64,000 nucleotides of DNA, from the NCBI GenBank assembly GCA_051294905.1, contig CM119382.1:9796001-9860000 (forward strand). Direction: 5' to 3'. The position numbers were made by a program, and so were the translations under genes. The notes below the pieces were generated by a model, which saw only the letters and a program-made list of their open reading frames with translations, made no database searches and was not told the DNA's origin. Shown piece by piece: positions 23,439 to 35,400 of the stretch. Each line of letters starts with the position of its first letter. Positions within the stretch are counted from its first letter, which is position 1. Source of the DNA: Botryllus schlosseri. Lineage: Eukaryota.

Positions 23439-26400
23439 CTGAAATATAAGGATTTTCGTTACTACACCACGTAAATTTGCTTTATGCATCTATTCGAGCA
23501 GTGGTTCTTGAACTGAGCCAAGACATTCTAAGAACCACGGAATCCGAGTCGTGAGTGTGGTCATGGCCATTAGCGATGTAGTTCTAGTTCCGCAGAGCTC
23601 AAGTAGCTTTTGTGTACTTACAATATTTACTCAAGTGGTTATGATTTTTCACTACGTCCATTACTACTTGTCAGTTTTCAGTTTTTTAGGCGAACCCGGT
23701 CCTGGAAAACTTACTTTATTACCTAGTTGGAAATTGCTACTTCTACTTGTACCAGAGTAAAAATTTACGACTTTTCTTCTACTTCTACTTTGAGTACCAA
23801 CAGTGACTACTTTGACCACCTCTGTTCGTATATTTGTTATGGGCAGAACTCGCATATCAGTTTCGGGGTGGCGATAATTTTGAATTCGTTTTGACTTTTG
23901 AGTATTCCAGTCGCCATGTAACTAATGTAATTAGACCGACAATGGCTTGAAACTACTCATTCGAAATGAGGTGCAGCTAATAGACGGAACGAAGTCAGAT
24001 TTGTACTCACACTATTAGTGCTATAGCTCGTGACCCGAGAGCTGAAATTTAATATAACTGGTCTTAATCGAAAGCCAGTGTCGCACTAATTCCGAATATA
24101 CATATTAAAATATTGTCAGGGCAATCGAAGTATGGAACCGCCTCAAAACATCCCTCAAAGTCTTAAAATCGGGATTGTTCCGAACAATAGCTTGACGAAG
24201 TTGGCCATTGAGTTGCAGCGCTGCCATTGTTGGAACATTGTCGATTGTCGGGGTGGTTCCATTGCCCTGACAAGATTTTTATTCGTATTTTTGGAATCAG
24301 TGCGACACTAGCTTTCGATTACGACCAGTAGTATTAAATTTAAGCACAGGGGTCGCCAGCTGTAGCACAACCAATTACGCCACTTTTAGATTGGTCCGCA
24401 ATAAGAGACACTGGTTGGCCAAGCGAAACGACCGGAAGTTGCGTATCTATCTATGCGTAGATTAGTAATCTATACTCACACTCCGGAATATTGGGCGTAC
24501 TGTCCTTCGCGCATGATGTTCGACACTTGCCGGTGGATTCCTCTCGCTAATTGTGACGTCACACGAGTGACATTGGCGTTGTCCCAGCCGCAGAGTTTGC
24601 CGTAGATTTCCTGAAATACCACCCAAAATGATTTAATAAAACCGACATTATATATAAATTATAAAGTCAATATTTAGATAAAGCCATAAGGGAAAGTATA
24701 AAACTTTACTTGAAATATCAGTTTCTTTTTGACATTGCTATTAGTATTACGACGTGGTGGCAAAAATCCAGAATTGACAGAAACACGGATGGTCAAAGTA
24801 GTTGGCGTTGCTATTCAATTAGAAGTATAAGTAACAATAACAGAGACATGTCAAAGTTAATTCAAGTAGTACTAAAAAATGATGATATGAGTAGTACTCA
24901 AGTGGCAGTGAATCGGAAGTGACCGCAATTGCTTCATGATTAACGCAAAGTGACAAATAGGTGTATTGTCCAAAAATATATTCACTTATTCAGTTACCGT
25001 GATACAGGGGCTGTCACTCATGATTCGTTGCCACGACGATTTCAATAAGGTGATGCATGTATAATGTATATCTAAAAACCCCATACTACTTTACAAAATC
25101 GAAAGTATGAAAAGTCAGTAGTTTTGTAGAATTTTGTCAAGTAGATGTGGAAGTAGTCTAAAGACATAACCACTTGAGTAATTAGTACATATATGCCAAA
25201 CCCTACTTGAGCACTCGGAAAAAGTAGTATTGGTCAGCTGGGGATAGCAACCATTGTCCTTGATAGTAATTCGTGAGTGGACGTCAACACAGCTCCAAAC
25301 AAATCAGGAGATGAACAATACCTCACCTTAAAGTTGGGCCTCGTGGCTGGTTCTTGAGCCCAGCATTCGCGCATCAGGGAATACACCCGCGCGGGACATT
25401 GGTCAGGACACGTCAAAAGTTGAAATTGCGTCACCATGTCCAAAACCTGCCAAAAGAGTACGCGGTTACGCCGGCGACTTTACAGAGCTTGGCCGTCACG
25501 ACAAGATTATTTCGGAAAATTTAAGAGTGTCTCACCTCCTGGTTGCTGTATCCGCAGTACGGCTGCATGCCGTAGCTGTGAATTTCCCATATCAGAACGC
25601 CAAACGACCAAACGGCGGTCTTTTCGGAGTATGTATTCATGCTGATGCATTCCGGAGCCATCCATCTGAAGGAAAACGTATCCGTATGAACCGACCAGAT
25701 GGGATTGTCAACACAGCAGAAGGAAGAATAATTCGCGGGTCAGTGAAGTGTAAATCAATTTCCCCTGCTCGCGTCAACAGCACGTGGAACGCATTTTGGG
25801 CGAATACATAAAGTTTCCCGCGCGCGCGCTCACCTATTTAATTAGAGTCTCGCACCGTGAGAACTGCGAAAGGTGGTGCACGTAGCATTGTGAATCGGGA
25901 TACCGTATCTTAAAATGCGAAATTCCCGACCATGATTAGGGTATTTAACCATAGGATATAACCAGCACCGTAACTGCCGCACCCCAAACCCCCCAATTGG
26001 GGGGGGCCCGAGCTCGAAGGGGGCCCAAAATTATTTCGTGAATTAGCATAAATCATAGAGTAATTTTTTTAAATTTATGCAATTTTTTCAAAAAATTTTT
26101 CGCGCTGTGCGCGAATTCAAGATGCCATTTGTCTTTATTATTGGGTATTGGGCCATTACCGCGCCACGACCCACCAAGACATACAAACAAGTTTTAAGCC
26201 ATATAACATGAGACTCCAAGAAGTGTGCCAAAACAATCGGCAGCGAGAAAACATTTGCCGAAAAGGACTGTGCCGTTATGCTGACCGAAGACTTCGTTAT
26301 ATATACAAAATAGGCTACATATAGATTTAATTGTCCATAGCGCCTAAATGACTGGCGCCGAATGTTCCCGTCTTGGCAATCTGAACCTCACAAGACAAAT

Positions 26401-29400
26401 ACCATCCCGCTGAGAAAAATTTTACGCCAGTGAAGAAATACCAATTTGAAATCGTGTGCGTCTTTCAGTTTAGTACGTTCATGTGATTTTATATTTTTTG
26501 ATCTAGCAGACTGGAAGTCACGAAATAACATCATGTAACGAAGTCATATCAACGGGTCCGCCCGCCCGAAGATGTTTAATTATTATTTACGGGCCCTCCC
26601 GTCTTCAAGACACTTCACTCAGCTCTACCGGTAAATTTAATTACGTGAGTAGAGAGGACAAAGTGATAGCAATATATATGCAATTGCCGATCTGATTGAC
26701 CGATTTTATCATAAATAACCGAACATTTTCACGCTTCGCGCTGGCTCGCTATACAGTACAGCTCATTGCGTGACAAACGCGGGCAACGTGATTGGGGGGG
26801 GTCGTTATATCATCCTATGGGAGTCCAAGACCCAAGTTTTTGGGTTCCCTGACGAGGTGCTGTTTCGTTCCTGCCAACGGGTATACGCCCGAAGATGTTT
26901 ACTTATTATTGAGTGGTCCTACCTTTTCGAACACACGTCACTCAGCTCTACCAGCAAATCTGATTACGTGATCAGAGATAAGATAAAAATTGATAACAAT
27001 ATATATGCAATTCCCGATCATACTGGCCGATTCAATCAAGAATTCTAGAAATTTTTCGCGCTTCGCGCGCTTAGGTGAGAAAAGCTGACTCACCCAACAC
27101 CCCCCCAATGTAGATGATAAGTAGCCATAAACAGGGCAAAGCCTGAGGGGGGTCTGGGGGGCGCAGCCCCCCAGAAGTTAGGTTTATCACCCTATGGAGG
27201 GCCCAAGACCAACGTTTTGGGGGGGGCCTGACGAAGTGCTGTTACGGCCCTGGATATAACACGATGTTAAGAGTGTCGTAATCTTAAAAACGCATGAACG
27301 TTAGGATACTCGTCACAAACGCGGTGAAATTTGCATATTGTGTTGACTAAAACGTAGGGAGCTATGGAAAAGAGTTTCAGATCTAAGGAAATGAGCATCT
27401 TTGCGACATCGAAAAACTTAAAAAGACGTCTTGAAAATTATAAAACTTGCACAAACTACACTTTTTCGGAATCCCTGACATTTCCCCTGACCCCAATTTT
27501 GCCGCAGAATTTCCTATCGCCTGGCCATCGTAACTGTGTATGAATCGTAAGGTTTGTATAATTATGATATTTTTTGGATATGATTTATACATCAGAACAG
27601 GACTTTGCTGTTGTATGAATGCTAATTGTCACCTTCGCATTGGGATATATTCAACAACAGTGAAGTATTGTGAAACGTATCTGTCAATGATGTGTGATGT
27701 CCATACCTAATCGGGAGCATTCTACGGCGTTGCGGCGACCTATAGTAGCTCGACAGATAGCAGTCTCTGACGACGTCAAGGTTGCAGATTTTCAGGACAT
27801 TATTCTGGCACACGAGAACATTCCTTGCCGCCAAATCGCGGTGAAAGTAACTGTGCGATGTGAGATATTCCATCCCAGATGCGATCTACAAAACAGAAAA
27901 CATTGTTTACGGGTCACAGTATATCTGCGGGTTGCTTCATTCTGAAAACGCCGGGGCAAAGCCTGTAACTTTAAGAGTGTTGAGTTATATTCCTTTTTGA
28001 TATGTACGCAAATCGTTCTGTCGCGTCGATTCGCGAGATGGATGAGCGATTCGGGAATTGTTCATGTGATGTCACAAGCGTTCGGACGACGGATCAAATC
28101 AAGCGTAAACGCCCGTTATCCGTGCTGTCGACCGTGTTCGGTTAAGCGTTTGTTTACTCAAAAATACGATTACTCGGGGCAGTTACAGTTTATGAATTCA
28201 CAGTTCACACCTCGTTGTGTTGGACGAGTGGTGGTATGGAAAACCTAACACTGTTGCCGTTGAACAGCCTGAAGTGCTGTATTCATTCGAACAGACCAGA
28301 CGCTGTGCTAGACAACGGTTCGTAATAAAAAGGATATGGTGATTAGATTGATTACACATCATTAAACAAATTATTGTAGAAGTATAGAAGGGTATTTCCT
28401 AATTGCCAGCGATTTTACAATTAGGAAAATATAAGATTAACGTATTACGGGTGGGACCAGAGATGACGGAAATGACGAGGTCCCGTACTTGGCAATCATG
28501 ATGTGTTTCCGTCGAAGATATACGAAAATCAGGGTCGTATCAAATGTTCACATTAAGATACTTCGGGCTAGTGCCAAGGATTTGGTTGCATATCCAACAC
28601 TGTGTATATATTGGTTACTACCATCTTCGACATTCAACTGACTGGACAAACGAATTTGACAACGGGATGGGTGCTGCCTTCTGCTGGCATTGTAAACACT
28701 GTGTATCCAGCTGCTATCGGTGCTTTCGTTCGTGATTACTAAAATATGACTTCACAGAAAAGGGCAAGGTATTGAGCAAAAATTTGATATTTTGTCATTC
28801 AGCAAAAGACAGATAGGAATGAACAGCTTCCCTATGTTTTCTGATATCATGAACATCACATGAACACGAAACGAAGCACCAATAATTACAAAAAGAATGA
28901 GATGAAGATCCGAAATGGACTATACGAAATCGTTATGTGGCATCGATACCGTTGTGACCGAATGATTGGGAGATGCAAGTACCAAAAGATGACAAAATTA
29001 TGACACTTGCTGACATATCAAACAAGCTGCCTTACCCATAATATACCTATCGCATCAGCTGATGATACGTTGCGGGCACTGACCTGAGTCATCATGTTGA
29101 TAAAGTCATTCGACTCCAGTGAGCTCGACGTTTGGCTGCTGGCGCTGCTCGACAGCTTGGTGGGTACCACAACGTCTGAATTTGGCGAGTGGAGATTCAG
29201 AAACTCGTTAAGGTCAACGCGGTTCGTGTATTCGAATATCATGCACTGTCGCCCGGGATGCATGACGACAGCCTGAACAAAGGCAATGGAAATTGATCAA
29301 TGGGCACCAAACGGAATTGAAACGCAGTAAAGCAGAGTGATGATATTGCTAGATAAAGTAATCGCTGTGGAGATTCATACAACGCAAGATCCATTATATT

Positions 29401-32400
29401 TATAGGCATGTCAGCTGCCGCAAGCGGTCTGGGTATGTTAAATTCTAACATCGTCCTGCGGATCCAATTACAGATTCCACGAAGAAAAACCAACCATCTG
29501 ACACTCATATCGGAAAATGGATCAACTTAGTCGGAAATTTACGAAGTTATAGAGGATTTCTAGTCTTGGAAAAACTAGAAAATCTCAAGAATTTTGATAC
29601 CAGTCCGCCGCATAAATTTCGCGAGAAAAATACTAAATGATATTTTCAACACACCTTCAAACAGGCCACATTCGGGTGCTGCAGCTGGCTGAGCTTGTCC
29701 ATTTCGCTCTGGAATTCGTCGATTTGGCAAGGCAAGGAGCCTTCGTTGAGAGTCTTCACCGCAACCTGAAATCCAAAACGTGTCTTGACCGCCGATAATA
29801 AGGACGATTGTGTTGTTAACAAATTGGATAACGAAATCCGTTTCCTCTTCATCGATGGTATCGGAACCGAACAGAAATAACACAGTCTAAATTTCCACTT
29901 GGAAAGAGTTGTAATATCACCGGAAAATTCAACTTAATCGAATCAAAGCTAAGCACTTTGTAACCACAGACTCTCCAGAAAGTGTCGGGAATAAATAATT
30001 ACCAATTGTTTCACATTGCGATTCGAGACGACGCAATTCTATCAATGTGCGGGACTGCACAATCGCAACTAGTAATGGGGTAACCATTTATAGGTCTCGT
30101 CGACCCCGACAAAAGTTCACAACGCCCCACTGGGATCTGAATTTATATTAATCGGCGAAATAGTCGACTTCCTCGCAAAAATAAATGAATTATGCTCTAG
30201 AGCAGTGGTTCTCAACCTGAAAGCATTGAAGTGAGGGGGGGGGGCGAAGAAGCGGTCAACTGAAAAAAATTCGCGCTGGCGCGATTTGCCGATAGTTCAC
30301 GCGTGTTTCTCTATATACAGACCGAATTCCATAATTTTAATCCTCTCATCAACACTCATAACCTTCCATACCATTAAACAATCTGTTGGGGTTGCTAGCA
30401 TCCCGGTTGGATTTGGTGATATGACGATAAGGGGGGCGCGAAATTAATCACTATCAAAAAGGGGGCGTGTCTAAAAAAGGTTGAGAACCACTGCTCTAGA
30501 GGCCTCGCCGTCTTCATTTCCGGTCAATTACCAAAGTAAATTGGGACCAAATAGCAGGTTTGTGTATTCGTGTCGGTCTGAGCAAGTTTCCTTTGTTCGT
30601 TACAACTTTCTTGTCATGCACGAAGTTATACCGATATGCCTCGCGAGCTTCCTTTTCGTCGGAGGAGAATGTCCCTATTGTCAGGTGTAAGTTTTGGTTT
30701 TTACCTAATCACATATTAAATGACTATTTTCGTGATTTGGGTTATTTTTGTCGACTTTCTAATAATTTCATTCCATATAATTTTTGACGTTTACGTTCTA
30801 AATATCGCCCAGCGAGTCATAAAGCGATATGTAAATGACTTACACGCGTTGCCTACATTGTACATAAAAGGCCCCAATAAATTGCGATGTTCATCGCATG
30901 TAAACAATACCACCAGAAACATATCTTAACGCGAAATCTTGTTCTAAATCGATTTGTGAACCAATTATAGCGCCATTACATCTTTGCATTCCTGAGAAAG
31001 GAGTACGTGCGTGGACCGAAAGCTCAATATCCACAAAATCTCTTTCGAGAAATCTGTATTTTGAATTGAAAACACCGGTTTAAGATCCTTATCAATTAAT
31101 CCAACACATTCTTGTTAACGACAGGATTTCTACTGTGCTTGTTTCTAAATAGAAGTGTCGCATAATTCCAACGTGATAAACAAACCAAGCATTACATGTT
31201 ACACCAAAGTGAGCTGTTAGGCTTTTCTAGCGACAAGCGAAAAGTCCGAGTTAGCGCAAATGATGGGTATCAAAGTCGGAATGTCCACGGATTCAATTGG
31301 CGTGTTTTTGAATGTGATTGCGGTGTCTGCAATATTGCAACTGTCAATATTAAATATTAACAAAAAGCGTAAGTCAAAACTGTACTCGATTTGTCATTCC
31401 TGTATAATGGATCGACTTGAGCGATGCAATAATTGCTCATTGTTTATAGAGGTATGCATATAGACAGCGATAACAGTATACGTATGAAAATCAATGTGAT
31501 TGGTTATAACAAAACGCATTGTCACGACATCAGTTATTTATACTGTATCAATGCATTCGATAAAACATCAGCAGAAAATAGTCTGATGATAGTTCGGTTC
31601 GTTAAGTTACAGTGCTCCGCCATCATACAATAGAAGAGCACCAATTTCCCAATTCGAAAATACGCTCTGTCCAGTAGGTCAAGGATTAAGGCAGATCGTA
31701 AACTCATAGCACGGCATCACTTAAGAACACGAAGAGGTGCTTTTGAAAGACCGAATTTTGAGAGCATGTTTATATGATACAGATATGGTCAAAGTGCGAT
31801 ATGGTTGCGGAACCCGTAATCTAACACTACGCCAGAGTCATACGCGAACATATATCGGCACGCGATGTATATTAAGAGCGTTTCCTGTCTCATTCGTCAA
31901 CATTGTAGGATCATGTAACGGAAATGCAACTTAAGGGGGCGTGATGTGATACCATATCCCGTCTTGTGTGGTTATTTGTTATGTAATTGAACTCTTACTA
32001 ATGCGTCTTGAAGATGAACTGCACCTTTCTGGGCTATGTTGTCGCTGATTTTTGAATTGACATATTTGCCGCACATACGTCACATAGTCCCGAACATGTA
32101 TTCAAAATGGTGTACCCATAATACGTGTGGGAAGTCACTCTTTTTAGTTGATTAAAATCCAGTGCGTGATACGCGTGTGCATTTTCAGTAAATATAACTC
32201 ATTGATAAATATTTTGGATCTGATGATATTTTTAGCCGCCATCCTATTCGTAATCAAATAGAATAGGTATAAACTGCCGGTCCTCAAATGACCAATGTAC
32301 TTACATCTCTACGTAGCATACGATGGCAATGATGTACATCTATTAAAGGAGTTGAATCGTTGCATATATAAACCATAGCTGTGTAGTGTGCACTGTGTAT

Positions 32401-35400
32401 TCCAGCTCGATCATTAAGCATGATATATTCAACGTTCGAAGATACATTCAACGCCATTTAGGATACTGAAAGCGATGTTTACATTTGAATAACAATTTCA
32501 TAAACGTCAAGAGTCTGTAAATAGTTGTCTTTCTATCAAGATGAAACGCGACCGGAGGCGCGAGGAATTCGGTGGCTGATTGCGTGTTCGATAAGGCGCG
32601 CCTGTGTAAACAGTAGCAAGCGATACGCCAGATCTCAGAAATTCAATTATTTACAACCATTACGGTGTTAGTATTGTGCGAGCCTATTGACGAGTTGACA
32701 TTGCAGTAGATGGACTGTCGTGGCACTATGAAATTCAACTTGGACTACGATTCTACTCTATCCAATAGCCAATATCACGTTTACCTCCACCTTTACGCTG
32801 AGGCTGCATAACAGCATGGCACGCGTCTTGTAACAACGTGGAAACGAGTTCTATCAGACCATAGATAACTAACCTACGTAGGTTAGTTATCTATAATCAG
32901 TCTGCGCACGCGGTGTGCGTACATTGTGACGTCATAATTTCACGGTTAAATAAATACGCCTAGTGTATTTCCAATTGTACTGTTACGAAAAACGGGAAAA
33001 TGTCGGACGTATGTGTATCGACAGTTCGACACGCTGTCAAATCAAATTTGCCGGGTACGTGACTACTTCTTTGAATAGGTATTAGAAGTGTACCGGTATG
33101 ATTCACACCATGTAAACCTTACATTCTCCATGTCGAATTAAAACTAAACGACAATAGTGTTTGCTAACAAACCAACTACGCTTCTAACAGCCGGCGGCTA
33201 GACTAAAGCTTACGCAGGTGGGATGTTCTAACACCGCAGTATAGGAAACTATCCGTCGGTGAGAATCTACATTCTGCGAAACTCGCAAGAATGCATTGGA
33301 GCCGGCGAACAGTAAACAGTGGCTGCATCCGGATCCTGTACGTAACAGGAAGAAATGTTTTGCTGAGCAATCGTGGGTTGGCTTGACAAATAAAAATAAG
33401 GGTCAGACAAAGATAATTATCAAAATTGGGAATGGTGAGAAAGGTAAATCCTATCAACGGAAAAATACTTCTGTTTGGAGTCAAAGGTGGTCTGGTACAA
33501 TAAAATTTTACGTTTACGATGTACCCCATGAGAGTTCTGAGTAGCCTACTAAAATGTGCATTATAGCCAAATCCCCGAAATTTATTCCTTTCGACTGAGC
33601 GTAGCACCATCATAGTTGCAATTCGTCACTTCATAACCACATATATTCTGTATTGGCATCGTGGATATAATCTAGCTATGTCCGCTTATCATCGGCTGCA
33701 TGACTACCAACCGCGCACAAACTCGACCATCTCACGACTGTGACAACACCAGTATTGCGCAAGCAATCCATTGTCAGGTTCAAACCTGCTATTTATTTGT
33801 AATACTAAAATATCAAATGGCAAAAAAGAGTTAAAAGAGAGATAGGAAACATCAAATATAACATCAAAATAGTGAAAGTCAAGTACAAAAGCAATGAAGA
33901 CTTCAACATGTCAACGGAAGAACGTCTGTACGGCATTCAACCATTCTGCACAAAAGCGAAATAGAACATGGGCAATTCACGGGTACAGCATCAGTCCATA
34001 TATTCTGGCATGTACACGGCGGCGTCACAGTGATAAGTCTAAGGATCACGGTTTCCGCTGTTATAGAAACGAGAAGGCCTACATCCGCGAATAATCTTCC
34101 CCTGACATTGAAACCTTGGGGTTGGCAAATAACTCGCCGGTTCTCAAAGCCAGCAGTATTCCAGCGTGATGACATAGCGCTGCGGTAACGCTTCCACCAC
34201 AAAACCCGCTAACCGCGCGCTCAAGCCGTTAATTACAGTCCATTCGCGAATTTGTTTTGATGCAGTCTCTCCTTATTTCCGGTTAGAGGCGGGAATTACA
34301 TCCAATTATAGCCGGGCTTAGTCGGAATAATCTCTGTTTTACTTACAGGAAAATTCGAGTTGTAGGTCAGATTTTGAGAGAGCTGGGCCTTGTACACTTT
34401 GCCGAACTGTCCCTCTCCCAGGTCCATCGTGAAGCGGAGGCTTTGTGGATTCACGTGGGGTATATTTGTCATCTGTAATCGCAATACATTACCGAGGATT
34501 TGTCGCACAGTATTTGCAGTTTGTAATCCGGAAGATTGATATCAGGGCGTCAAAGCGATAAATTGTGAACGAATGGTCGGTAAATATGTGTGCATTATAT
34601 TGTTCTATTATATCCCGGAAAGGTGATGGTAATGAGTTTAAAAAACGTGACTCTACCCTTTGTACGATAATCCTCGACACACAGCGTAATATTGTAGCGT
34701 TTCTCACGTTTTTGGGCGCCATTGTCATTTCCACCGAGTGAAACGCGGTGCCACTATCCACCACCTTGCCGGGTATGCCCTTTTGCGGCCTTCTAGTCTT
34801 TCTGCCGCGGCAGCAAAAGATGAATGTTCCCACGGCGCACAGAATCAGCAACGGAACCGTTACGCTCGGTATGAGAATGGTGATCAATCCGGATCCGTCA
34901 GTCGAGACCGCTGAAAAGATATACCACAATGGTGTTGCCGCGATAATGTTATAATACGCATAAACAGTGTATATACTTCGACACTTAATCCACTATATGT
35001 GTCAAAACATGAAAGATACGCGGAATATGTCACGTAATGTTTTTAATCCTACAGTTTGAATCGTTTAGCGCAGTGATTCCTAAACTGTGATACGCGGGCA
35101 ACCATAGCTTACCTATAAATTTATGAAGCTTGCGAATTGATGAAGCAATATTTGCACTGACTGGCTCATTTCCAGAAGCTCAAAATGGCACGAGATTTAA
35201 AAAAAATGGGGATCGCCGGTCAGCGGTTGCATTTTACTTGTGCGGAGGCCTTCACTTTGTGATAACGCGCTAAAGTCTATATAAAATAGGCTACATGTGT
35301 CGCTGGAATCATATCTTAGCATGGGTATCACTTCATATCTAGCCAATCTAGCATCAGCTAATGAACGGCCCGGAATGTTTTGCATTCAAATAAAAAAGGG

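Noticed and set aside
24710-24922. ORF sharing DMSKLI with ORF 44661..44909
   Set aside because: Both are copies of the AGTAG-rich dispersed repeat and are not genes.
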